Of a stretch of DNA of 32,000 bases, positions 16,288-25,860 are shown piece by piece; position 1 is the stretch's first letter; every line of letters begins with the position of its first letter. The position numbers and the translations under genes are program-made. The DNA is from Okeania sp. (GTDB taxonomy: Bacteria; Cyanobacteriota; Cyanobacteriia; Cyanobacteriales; Microcoleaceae). Under the pieces are notes generated by a model. That model did no database searches. It saw only the letters and a list, made by a program, of their open reading frames with translations, and was not told the DNA's origin. The stretch spans positions 14,824 through 46,823 of the forward strand of contig NZ_JAYKGW010000193.1 in assembly GCF_035285525.1 (NCBI RefSeq). Direction: 5' to 3'.

Positions 16288-17136
16288 TCACTTTATTACT
16301 GATTCATGGCAATGACCTTCGCCCACATGACCCAAACTTGGTAAAATTCCCATAAATTTTTGGTAGTCAGCAGGAGAAAGTTGATTTTTTAACTGAGCCA
16401 TATCTACATCAACTTTTCCTGCGGTAGCGATCGCTACTAGAGGAGCAAAACCTAATGCTCCTGTATTAATTTCTTCATCTGGGGCGACACTATTATCGCC
16501 GAAAAGATGGTCAAAGTGGAAAGTAGCTTCTAACTCGGCAGTTTCTCCAGGTAGCAGAATACCTTTACGTTCATCCCCAATAAAATCTCCACAGGTAAAT
16601 TCTAATTCTTGGTCAATCTTGATAGTAAAAGGTATAGTCTGACCATTTTTAGTACCTGTACCAGTCATTAATAAGGAGTAATCTTTGACTGGACCATCAA
16701 TAGCTTTGGGCATTTTCCAAGAGATAGCATTGTAGTGGCCAGGAGGTGCGGATATTTGGCTGACCAAGATAGTTTCTGCTGTTTCGTTTCCCTCTGCCAA
16801 ATCTATTGTTTTAGTTTCAGTAACAATTACTTTTTCTGTAGCTTCTGGTTTTTCTCCTGTTTCAGCTTTGTAGGATGGGTCTGTTTGGTAAGCAGTTACT
16901 TCTGCTAGGTTGACATATAGTTTATCAAATGCTATAGTCCATCCATCTTTAGTTACAAAACCTTTTCTCACAAAGTCTTCTCCATTGGCGCGTATCTGAA
17001 GAGTGCCTGGAGTTTTTTCATTTGTCTGAGTTTGGTTTTGATTAGTCTGAACTTGACTCGTTTCGTTTTGACAACTACTTAGTAGAACAGTAGGAGCGAT
17101 AAGAGCTAGAGTTAATACCGTGAAAAGTTTTCTCAT
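16288..17136 (-). CDS. Lipoprotein of unknown function with C-terminal His/Cys motif (NikK-like candidate)
   Basis: 282-aa ORF. The lipobox is LLSSC, followed by a Q/N/T-rich linker. The C-terminus is SLGHVGEGHCHESVIK. It is the first gene of the same-strand cluster ending in cbiO. Confidence 0.7.
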   Translation of the reverse strand: MRKLFTVLTLALIAPTVLLSSCQNETSQVQTNQNQTQTNEKTPGTLQIRANGEDFVRKGFVTKDGWTIAFDKLYVNLAEVTAYQTDPSYKAETGEKPEATEKVIVTETKTIDLAEGNETAETILVSQISAPPGHYNAISWKMPKAIDGPVKDYSLLMTGTGTKNGQTIPFTIKIDQELEFTCGDFIGDERKGILLPGETAELEATFHFDHLFGDNSVAPDEEINTGALGFAPLVAIATAGKVDVDMAQLKNQLSPADYQKFMGILPSLGHVGEGHCHESVIK

Positions 17137-17311
17137 CTTTGATTATTGAAAAAATCCTCTAACTAGTATAAAACCTTATCTAATAATTTAATAAATTAAT
17201 ATCCCAAATTAATGAAGATTTAAGGAAAATTAAATTAATTGAAAATCAACAGATTTATATAGCTAAAAAGTTTTTCTCAACGAGAAAAATGTAACCTTAA
17301 TAAACCCTAAA

Positions 17312-17746
17312 ATGAGAGAACTTGACAATCAAAAATCCGTAAAGTTACTAAATTCTATTATGGAATTTGAACTTGCAGGTGTGGTGCGCTATACTCATTA
17401 TTCTTTAATGGTTACAAGACCTAATCGAATACCTATTGTACAATTTTTTCAAGGTCAAGCTAATGAATCTTTGCTTCATGCTCAACAAGCAGGAGAAATA
17501 TTAACAGGTTTAGAAGGTCATCCTTATATTAAAAGTAGCTCCGATTGAAGAAACAAATTAACATTCAGTAGCAGATCTTTTATGGGAAAGTCTCAACCAT
17601 GAAGCCAAAGCTTTAGAATTTATAAAAAGTTCTTAGAAACTGTAGAAAACGCAAGTATATATTCAGAAGAGTATGCTCGGACAATGATTGCTCAAGAAGA
17701 GCTACATAATATGGAAATAAAAAAAATGTGGCGCGACTATAGTTAA
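17312..17746 (+). pseudogene. Bacterioferritin/ferritin-like gene disrupted by two frameshifts and one in-frame stop
   Basis: Frame 2 gives MRELDNQKSVKLLNSIMEFELAGVVRYTHYSLMV...ANESLLHAQQAGEILTGLEGHP. Homology continues in frame 0 (KVAPIEETN*HSVADLLWESLNHEAKALE, TAA at 17559-17561). It then returns to frame 2 (YKKFLETVENASIYSEEYARTMIAQEELHNMEIKKMWRDYS*). Confidence 0.7.
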
Positions 17747-17993
17747 TAAATTTATTTAATTGTAAGCATTCATGCCCTCAGATATTAGCTGATCAGCTTT
17801 GATTTATTGAGGGCTTGCTAATGAAATCTCAAAGCAACTGACAAAGATTAAAGACTTTCTATAATAACACAAAAGTGTCAAAAAACTACTAAATTAACTT
17901 GGAAAACTCTGGATTTTTTCTCACAAAATTTATAAAAATTAAGGGTTATAACTATTGTCTACCTTCACTAAAAGACTTGTTCAGCAAACTCTA

Positions 17994-18476
17994 TTAATTT
18001 TGATTAGGAGAAGAAGAAAAAGGCTGAACCCACTTTTGATTAATAGCCAACTCTAAAATAACAGCAACTATAGCAAAGGCCACTACACTTTCTATACCTA
18101 ATACCATTAAAGGCCATAGATCAATAAATGTGGCCCCAGATTTTAATCCCACATCAATTTGTCCCAAACCTCTGACAGAACCAAAGGCCATAACTGCTCC
18201 AGATTTAAGATGAGGGTTTCTATCCTGACGAATAATATAACGATAAGTCACACCAAATAGAAATCCACTAATAAAAGCGATCGCTCCCTGAAACAAAATG
18301 TTCCACCCTAGAGTTTTAATTTCTAAATTTGCTAATGATTCCCAACTATGGCCAATTAAGTTATTGCCAAAAGCGATCGCCCCAAAAGTCAAAAATAGTG
18401 AGATACCAGCAAGAGTTCCTGCTTTGAGAGATTCTATTCTTTCTGCAAAGGTAAAATTTGATGAAGAGATAACCAT
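17994..18476 (-). CDS. Conserved hypothetical membrane protein (4 predicted TM segments)
   Basis: 160-aa ORF with four hydrophobic stretches. I recognise no family. Confidence 0.6.
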   Translation of the reverse strand: MVISSSNFTFAERIESLKAGTLAGISLFLTFGAIAFGNNLIGHSWESLANLEIKTLGWNILFQGAIAFISGFLFGVTYRYIIRQDRNPHLKSGAVMAFGSVRGLGQIDVGLKSGATFIDLWPLMVLGIESVVAFAIVAVILELAINQKWVQPFSSSPNQN

Positions 18477-18830
18477 CTAGTAAGTCAGAAGTAAAAAGTA
18501 AAAAGTTAGAAGAAATTAAGAGGTTACTTATAAAGTAAATATTAGGATAAATTATTGGCTCTACTTCGGTTTTGAGAGTTATTGCCCAGTAAGCGACAAA
18601 CTACTGAAAGGTAGGTAATATAATAATTTCAGCTAAATTTATAAATCAGCTCTAAGGAGGGTTGTATTTTTAACTAAGGAAGAAATATACAGTCTAAATG
18701 TTTAACAGTTTATTATTCTCTAGCAATTAGGAATCAGATTGCTATGTTTAATTATTTATATAGTCAAAATGCCATAAATAAAATATTATAGGGTTTGGAG
18801 TAAATTTTTCTTTTTTTTTTAAAAGCAGTT

Positions 18831-18920
18831 ATGGATATTTTGTCATTAGGTTGGGTTGCCCTTTTAGTTGTCTTTGGATTCTCTATTTCAATGGTAGTTT
18901 GGGGTCGTAACGGTTTCTAA
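18831..18920 (+). CDS. petN: Cytochrome b6f complex subunit 8 (PetN)
   Basis: Below the ORF-track size cutoff. Hand translation gives [29 protein letters not shown], which matches the highly conserved PetN sequence (..GW......F..S(L/I)(S/A)(M/L)VVWGRNG(F/L)). Confidence 0.9.
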   Translation: MDILSLGWVALLVVFGFSISMVVWGRNGF

Positions 18921-19407
18921 AAATTAGGTATCGGTTTTAAGAAACTTAATTTTTCCTTGTTTGGTTAGACTAAACAACTTTAAAGGTGGGATGGGCAATA
19001 TACCTATTCCATCTTTTATTTAAAAGTACCTTTGACTTCAGTCATACCTTTGAAATACTGAATCGAATATTTTTCATTTCCTTGAAAATGGAGGTTGGAG
19101 ACTTTATTTTTTGTTCAAAAAAATTATATCAAATCCGGTAGTATCGGTAGAATTAAAGACTGTAGGGGTTTGGTCTCCAATTTTTCGGGAACCGTACCCT
19201 TTACCAACTAGAATTTTCCTCAATAATGGTAGAACCTTACTCTCCAAAGCCAGTGGATTTGATATTACCTCCTATCTCCTTAAAAAGAATTTTTCAGTAA
19301 ATATTAAGGAACGGGCAAGATGCCCATTCCACAAAAGTATTAAAATCCCAAACCCATTTATGCAATCAACTGTAGGAGTTTTTTTCTCCAAACTCCCTAC
19401 AACTTAC

Positions 19408-20628
19408 TTAAGGTGCTAAAGCATGACCCCGGAGCATACTACCAATAGTTTTAGCAGTAATCTTCATTTGAATTAAAGGATTAGCAGGTACAACAGTCTT
19501 ATACAAATAACTATCAAAAGTTAATTTCTGTACATCTCTATCAGCACACATTTCTACAAATGCTTCGCGAGTAGCATCAGAACGATAAAATACTCTCTGC
19601 AAAATATCCAATACTTTGTAAGTCATTCCATATTTCTTATCCCACCGCTTCAGATAAAGTTTCAAATCTGCTTCAGTCGGAATAATAGCACCATTATTAG
19701 AAGTCTCAACAATAGTTTCGGCACACATCCGAGCCGACTTAGCTGCAAAATAAATACCTTCACCAGAAGATTTCGTAACAGTTCCCGCAGCATCCCCTAC
19801 TAAAGCAACTCTACCACGAACCCGATGGGGACGAGGATGTTCCGGAATAGGGTGAGCTTCTACTTTAATTATTTGTCCACCTTCCAGACGTTTTGCAGCA
19901 CGAGCGCGAATACCTGCTTGTAACTGTTTAATTCTGGCCTGGTTAGGTTTCATTGTACCAGTACCTACAGCAACGTGGTCATATTTGGGGAATACCCAAG
20001 CGTAAAAGTCTGGGGATACATCATCGCCCACATACATTTCTGCTAAGTCTTCATAATATTCCATGAGATGGTCAGGAAGACGAATACGTTCTTGGAAGGC
20101 GATCGCGTAGTTATAATCTCCAGCTTCGATAGCTTTAGCTACACGGGAGTTGGCTCCATCTGCTCCAATAACTAAATCTACTTTGAGGGTTTTAGCTGTT
20201 CCTTGGATACTTCCTTCTGAGTGGTCAGAGTAATGAATAGTATAGGGGTCTCTATCATTAGTAGGAATATCGAGTTTATAAACTGTACCATTAATTAGGT
20301 TAGCTCCCAAGGTAGCTGCCCGGTTTCTCAAGAAGCCATCTAATACTTCCCGACGGCACATACCTATATATTCATCTTCTTTTTCGATATGGATATCTAC
20401 CTCAACATTGGAGGGAGATATCATTTTCATTTTTCTAACTCGGCGATCAATAATTTCTGATGGTAGGTCAAACTCACTAACCATACATAGAGGAATAGCT
20501 CCACCACAAGGTTTAGCATTATCTAATTTACGTTCAAATAAATAAGTTTCAATGCCTGCTTTTACTAAAGTTTCGGCAGCAGAGGAACCTGCCGGACCTG
20601 AACCAACAACAGCAACCCTTAAATTCAA
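19408..20628 (-). CDS. chlP: Geranylgeranyl diphosphate/chlorophyll reductase
   Basis: 406-aa ORF. The FAD fold is RVAVVGSGPAGSSAAETL, with KPCGGAIP and VALVGDAAG. The start is a TTG at 20628 with AGGAG 8 nt upstream. Confidence 0.95.
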   Translation of the reverse strand: MNLRVAVVGSGPAGSSAAETLVKAGIETYLFERKLDNAKPCGGAIPLCMVSEFDLPSEIIDRRVRKMKMISPSNVEVDIHIEKEDEYIGMCRREVLDGFLRNRAATLGANLINGTVYKLDIPTNDRDPYTIHYSDHSEGSIQGTAKTLKVDLVIGADGANSRVAKAIEAGDYNYAIAFQERIRLPDHLMEYYEDLAEMYVGDDVSPDFYAWVFPKYDHVAVGTGTMKPNQARIKQLQAGIRARAAKRLEGGQIIKVEAHPIPEHPRPHRVRGRVALVGDAAGTVTKSSGEGIYFAAKSARMCAETIVETSNNGAIIPTEADLKLYLKRWDKKYGMTYKVLDILQRVFYRSDATREAFVEMCADRDVQKLTFDSYLYKTVVPANPLIQMKITAKTIGSMLRGHALAP

Positions 20629-21460
20629 AGGTCTTCTCCTTTATATTTTTCCTATATACAAGTTGGGTATGGTATCACGAAGTTAGGTTTGATGGTGGAT
20701 TTTGTTAGGGTATGTGAAGAAAATGCAACAGAGTTTAATATTTTGATACTTGATAGAATAATTTCGAGGTCAAAGTTTAATTTTTTGTGAAGTTTTTACA
20801 CTGATTAGCTTTAAGGGAAAAATTGAAGAAAGAATATTAGACATCTTCAAAAAAGAGGTATGGGGGTAATAGGTAATAGGAAGAAAGAATTAATAATTTC
20901 TGTAGGATAATTGATTGAATTTTTGATTTTAGGAGATGTCTATTAGGAGTTACACAAAGAAACTGGGTTTCTGCTTCTTCTGTTTTATTAATGAATAATG
21001 CACTACTTAGGAAAAGTTACTATATATAGAGTTTGAAAACGATTCCGCTCTAGTTTTAATAACTATATTATAGAGGAGTTAGTTGTAAGAATTTTCTCTT
21101 AATTTTTCTCTGCAGGGTGAGGCATTTATTGCTAACTTTTTTAACCTTTTTGACCTAAAAGCTGGTACTTTTTCCCTACTTAAAGTTGCTAAAATATTTA
21201 TCTGTAAATGCTTTTCTATTTTTATACGCAAGCCCGAATTAGGGTTTACTGAAAAGTCTCTTGCTTAAGGTAGTTAATGGGGAATGGTTATAGGTGTTAA
21301 TTTTTCTAGGTTTTTCCTAGTTTGGCTCAGAAAAATCTAGAGTTTTAAAGATTAATCTAGTAATTTTTTTTCACTTTCTGTGACCTAAAACAGCTTTTAA
21401 GATTTATCTGTTAATGCTTTGATATTTAATCAGCAAACCCTAATTAATTTTGGTTAAAAT

Positions 21461-21481
21461 CCAGAAGTTTGAAACTTCTGG
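21461..21481 (-). terminator. Perfect 10-bp-arm hairpin after the nuclease gene
   Basis: CCAGAAGTTT g AAACTTCTGG, followed on the minus strand by ATTTTAA. It lies 53 nt downstream of the stop. Confidence 0.45.
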
Positions 21482-21533
21482 AGATTAATTATTAATTATC
21501 AATTATTCATTAATAAACTAAGTTCTGATTTTT

Positions 21534-22073
21534 CTAATAACAAATCTGGTTTTTTTGCCAATATTGTTGAGAGTTCCATATACCTAAACCTGCTTGTCTA
21601 GCAGAATTTTGAGCATTTAAGTAATCACTTTTGGAATTAGGGCAAGTATTATTTAGATGTTTACAGAAGAGAGAAGCTTTTCCTTCTTTAACCAATTGTA
21701 AATTAATGGAATTATTATCTTTAAATACTTCTGCAATTATTCGTTGATGACTGCTTTTTCCTGTATCATTAACTAATACTATTGTATTTCTAGGAATTAA
21801 GGTTTCAAGTCTACTTTTCGCAGCTTCAAAAAAAGGGCTATCTCCATAATCTGGTCCGTCAATACAGGCAAGTTGGAGACGACATAATTGTGAATTTCCT
21901 TCCCAAGGAATTCGACATTGTGACATGGTAACTTCTAAAGTATCTCCATCAATAATTCGAGAAATTCTTGCTGGTTGGGTAGCTAAAGAATGGGGAGTAT
22001 TTAGTAGAGATAATATGACTAAAATTCCACAGGATATTACAGCTAAAATCAGACTTATTTTCTTGATTTTCAT
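21534..22073 (-). CDS. Exported thermonuclease (SNase-like) family protein
   Basis: 179-aa ORF with an N-terminal TM/signal segment. It has RIIDGDTLEV, then CIDGPD/E...LV and QL(V/L)KEG(K/L)A blocks typical of staphylococcal nuclease homologues. Confidence 0.75.
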   Translation of the reverse strand: MKIKKISLILAVISCGILVILSLLNTPHSLATQPARISRIIDGDTLEVTMSQCRIPWEGNSQLCRLQLACIDGPDYGDSPFFEAAKSRLETLIPRNTIVLVNDTGKSSHQRIIAEVFKDNNSINLQLVKEGKASLFCKHLNNTCPNSKSDYLNAQNSARQAGLGIWNSQQYWQKNQICY

Positions 22074-22318
22074 TTGTTTTTTTTAGGACTTAATATAGAA
22101 TTAGTTGGGGTTTGTTAATTAGGGCTTGCTGAAAAAAAACACAGTTTGAAAAGACAGAGAAAGTAGAATGAGTAATTGTTCTTTAAATTTGTCTACTATA
22201 GTTAGTAGACAAATAAATAAACCATTCTTCAAAGCCACCTTCTCTATTACCATTTCTCAAAAGTAACGTAGAGTTTTATTGCTGATAGCTAACAGCTAAT
22301 AGCTGAATGCTTACCTTT

Positions 22319-23794
22319 CTACTCCCTACTCCCTAAAATTGGTTTTAAATCTAAGTGATTATTTACTTGATCTGCAATAGAGTTTAAAATTATTTCTCGT
22401 TGTTCTCTATAATTAGCAATACCAGTCGGTAAACCTTCTAATCCCCGTTTTTTACGCAGAAGATTTAACCAAGAACGACGCCAAGGACCATTATCAAAAA
22501 TTCCATGTAAATAGTTACCCCAAATAGACTGAGAATTATTAACTAAACCCAAATCATAATCATCAAATAAAGGTTTAACAATATCTGGTTTTGTTACTTT
22601 AGTTCTACCTTGATGAATTTCATAACCTGTTATTGGTAAATTTGCTAAAGGATAATTAGCAATAACTTGGCGCTGACGGGCAATTTTTTGAGGAGTAATT
22701 AAAGTTCTTAAAGGTAATAATTCTAATCCTTTATATTCCCCTTTTCTTCCTTCTAAACCTTGAGAGTCAATTAAAGATTCACCAAGCATTTGAAAACCAC
22801 CACAAATTCCTATTACTGTACCTCCAGAAGCTTGATAATTTTTAATCGCTTCTGCCATACCAGTTTTTTGTAATACTAATAAATCATTAATAGTAGTTTT
22901 AGAACCAGGAATAATTATAGCATCAGGATAACCTAAATTATCATTAGGATTAACATATTTAAGTTTAACATTAGGTTCGGAATTTAAAGGTTCAAAATCA
23001 GTAAAATTAGAAATTCTGGGTAATTTAATAACAACAATTGTAATGTCAGGCGTAGTTTTTTTAGAGCGTTGTTCTAAAATACTTAAAGAATCTTCAGCCG
23101 GAAAGGCTTCATCAATCCAAGGAATTACACCAATGACAGGAATATTAGTTCTCTTTTCTAACCACTCAATACCCAAATTTAAGAGAGATATTTGTCCTCT
23201 AAATTTATTAATTACTATTCCTTTAATTAGATTTCTTTCTTCTGGTTCTAATAATTCTAATGTACCAATAATATGAGCAAAAGCACCGCCTCTGTCAATA
23301 TCAACTACTAAAATTGTAGAGGCATTCAAATATTTAGCTACTCGCATATTTGTTAAATCTCGGTGCTTTAAATTTATTTCCGCAGGACTACCCGCTCCTT
23401 CACAAACTATTACGTCAAATTCTTGAGATAAAATATTTAAACATTCTTTAATCGCCTGCCAACCAATATCAAAATATTGCTCATAATAATTCATTGCTCC
23501 GACTGTACCTACGGCTTTTCCCTTGATAATAACTTGGGAAGTCATATCTCCTTGAGGCTTTAACAAAATAGGGTTCATTTCTATTGCTGGAGTTACATTT
23601 GCTGCCCATGCTTGTACTGCTTGAGCGTGTCCCATTTCTCCGCCATTAGATGTGACGTAGGAGTTTAAAGCCATATTTTGTCCTTTAAAGGGGGTTACTC
23701 TCCAACCACGACGGGATAAGATTCTACAGATGGCTGTAGTAATTAGAGATTTTCCGGCATTAGAGGTAGTTCCCACTACCATAATTGCTTTCAT
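22319..23794 (-). CDS. cobQ: Cobyric acid synthase
   Basis: 491-aa ORF. The N-terminal P-loop is GTTSNAGKS. The C-terminal GATase-like domain has GICGGFQMLG and YEIHQG. The last four codons (GSRE) are encoded by a GGGAGTA heptamer tract. Confidence 0.95.
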   Translation of the reverse strand: MKAIMVVGTTSNAGKSLITTAICRILSRRGWRVTPFKGQNMALNSYVTSNGGEMGHAQAVQAWAANVTPAIEMNPILLKPQGDMTSQVIIKGKAVGTVGAMNYYEQYFDIGWQAIKECLNILSQEFDVIVCEGAGSPAEINLKHRDLTNMRVAKYLNASTILVVDIDRGGAFAHIIGTLELLEPEERNLIKGIVINKFRGQISLLNLGIEWLEKRTNIPVIGVIPWIDEAFPAEDSLSILEQRSKKTTPDITIVVIKLPRISNFTDFEPLNSEPNVKLKYVNPNDNLGYPDAIIIPGSKTTINDLLVLQKTGMAEAIKNYQASGGTVIGICGGFQMLGESLIDSQGLEGRKGEYKGLELLPLRTLITPQKIARQRQVIANYPLANLPITGYEIHQGRTKVTKPDIVKPLFDDYDLGLVNNSQSIWGNYLHGIFDNGPWRRSWLNLLRKKRGLEGLPTGIANYREQREIILNSIADQVNNHLDLKPILGSRE

Positions 23795-23930
23795 GTGTCA
23801 AGTTTCAGTTATTTATTGGTAAATAACTACCATATCATTTTCATATCTAATTCCAGAGTTGAGCAATTAATCTAACATTTGTATTGTTTTTATCACCCCC
23901 TCGCAATTAAAGAGAGGTTGTGATTCGGAG

Positions 23931-24148
23931 GGGGAAGGAAAAGAAATTATTTTATCTGAAGCACCCCAACACCCCCGAAGCAATCTTTTCTATAAATATA
24001 AGAGATTGCTGAGGCGCTGGTTTTCCAATGACAAAGAGGTTGGTTGTGATGGGGAGGGGGAAGGGGAAGGAAAAGAAATTATTTTATCTGAAGCACCCCA
24101 ACACCCCCGAAGCAATCTTTTCTATAAATATAAGAGATTGCTGAGGCG
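23931..24148. repeat. Two identical 86-bp direct repeats, 132 bp apart, each with an internal AGCAATCT...AGATTGCT hairpin
   Basis: 23931-24016 equals 24063-24148, checked base by base. Confidence 0.95.
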
Positions 24149-24307
24149 ATCATTAATAGTAAATCCTAGAAGTTAACTGTTTGTATCACCACCTCGCAAT
24201 GACAATAACTTCTATCTTCAAAAGGGGAAAAGACTGGAATCTGATGAGCAATAAATAGGTTATTAAAAACTGATAACTGATAACTGAATATCACACGGCT
24301 GAAACGA

Positions 24308-25789
24308 CTATATGTTAAACTCTACAAGTCTGGCGCGAGAGAAAAGACCAATAGCTGTAAAGATGTCTCGCGTCCTTCCTCTTCCTTCTCCATTCCTATG
24401 AATATCCGCCGGGAGATGCCCCATGCAATGTGAGTCTAGACTAAATGTCAGGTCATAGTATCTCAACCAACTTCCTCCTTTGCGCCATCCAACTTGATCG
24501 CCAAAAGCTTCCCATATTTTTCTGTTATACTCCCTTGTACCACCCAAATTCTGATAAATCTGTTTCTGTACAGACAAGCCAAATTTACTATTACTATATT
24601 TCATCCAAAGTTGGTCAATAGTGTGCAGGTCTTCCCCAGGAAAATTATCTATACTTTTAATATCTAACCAACCTTCCTTTTCTCGTTTGGCAACTTTCAA
24701 CATACAATTAGTAGTTTCCTGGTCTGCTTCTTTCCATTTTCTTGCTGCTAATAAATCACGCAACCTTTCATATTTCATTCCTCTAGCTGAAACCAAAGGT
24801 ATATGATTAGAAATAGAAACAAAATTTTGTCGAAGTTGTTGATTTTTTTGAGTAAGAGAAACAGAAATTTTTGGAGACTTTGGAATTTTTTGAGGAACAA
24901 AAACAGAAGAGCTACCAAACTCTAAATCAGCCAAAACATCCTCAACCTTCTGATAACGTAGCTTCGGTTTTTGCTCCACCAAACTATCTAAAACTTTACC
25001 CAAATCATCACTGACAAAATTTCCATTTAAACAATCTCGCCATACCCATTCCATTTCGATTACATCAAACAAATCAAACGGACTCATGTGAGTCAATAAA
25101 TGCAAACAAGTTACTCCCAAACTATACAAATCGCTGGCTAATTTTGCCTTTCCCATAGACTGTTCCGGCGCACAATATTCTGCGGAACCAATAGTCGTTC
25201 CAGTAACAGTCCGACGCTGATTTTTAGGAATAAGTTTAGCAGCTCCAAAGTCAACCAAAACTAACTTTTTATCTGTCGTTCTCCTAATAATATTCTCCGG
25301 TTTAATATCCCGATGAATTACATTATGACTGTGAACAAATTGCAAAACAGATAATAAGTCAATTAACAATTCTCGAATCTGACTTTCATTAAAAACCCCA
25401 TGATTATCTAATTCTTTTTGCAAAGTTTCGCCTTTAATAAATTCTTGTACTAAATATTGACGACTATCCACAGAAAAATAAGCATAAAGTTCCGGGATTT
25501 GTGAATGCTTTCCTAACTGCTCCAACCTTTCTGCTTCTTGTGCAAATAATTCGGCAGCTTTTGTCAAAGATTTTGTTCCCTGACCTTGAGGAAGAAATTG
25601 TTTAATTACGCAAAAAGGTTGAGAAGGTTTAAACTTATCTACTGCTAAAAAAGTTCGACCAAAACCGCCTTCTCCGAGAATACTTTTTGCCCAATAACGC
25701 TCTACAAGTAATAGTTTATTTCCACATTTTTGACATAACTGAAAATTATCGGGGTTAATAGTTAAACATTCGGGGTTAAGACACTGCAT
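24308..25789 (-). CDS. Ser/Thr protein kinase with N-terminal 4-Cys zinc ribbon and C-terminal GUN4-like domain
   Basis: 493-aa ORF. The ribbon is CLNPEC...CQKC. Kinase motifs are GEGGFGRTF, VIK, HRDIKPENI, DFG and APE. The C-terminus WKEADQET...REKEGWLDIKSIDNFPGEDLHTIDQLWMKYSNSKFGLSVQKQI...GWR...YYDLTFSL...GHLPA matches the GUN4 core. Confidence 0.9.
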   Translation of the reverse strand: MQCLNPECLTINPDNFQLCQKCGNKLLLVERYWAKSILGEGGFGRTFLAVDKFKPSQPFCVIKQFLPQGQGTKSLTKAAELFAQEAERLEQLGKHSQIPELYAYFSVDSRQYLVQEFIKGETLQKELDNHGVFNESQIRELLIDLLSVLQFVHSHNVIHRDIKPENIIRRTTDKKLVLVDFGAAKLIPKNQRRTVTGTTIGSAEYCAPEQSMGKAKLASDLYSLGVTCLHLLTHMSPFDLFDVIEMEWVWRDCLNGNFVSDDLGKVLDSLVEQKPKLRYQKVEDVLADLEFGSSSVFVPQKIPKSPKISVSLTQKNQQLRQNFVSISNHIPLVSARGMKYERLRDLLAARKWKEADQETTNCMLKVAKREKEGWLDIKSIDNFPGEDLHTIDQLWMKYSNSKFGLSVQKQIYQNLGGTREYNRKIWEAFGDQVGWRKGGSWLRYYDLTFSLDSHCMGHLPADIHRNGEGRGRTRDIFTAIGLFSRARLVEFNI

Positions 25790-25860
25790 AATAATGAATA
25801 ATTAATAATTAATAATTTAAGCAAACAGCTATTAACTCTCAGCTATTAGTAATCAAAAGC

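Noticed and set aside
23795-23930. Cobalamin riboswitch upstream of cobQ. I also checked 17137-17311, upstream of the cbi cluster.
   Set aside because: Neither region has a B12-box-like GC-rich core (…AGYCMGGAGACCKGCC…-type) on the relevant strand. Both are AT-rich or repeat-derived.
23931-24148. Possible CRISPR-like array from regularly spaced identical repeats
   Set aside because: There are only two copies. The repeat is 86 bp, far longer than CRISPR repeats. The spacer is 46 bp and there are no cas genes. I treat it as a local duplication.
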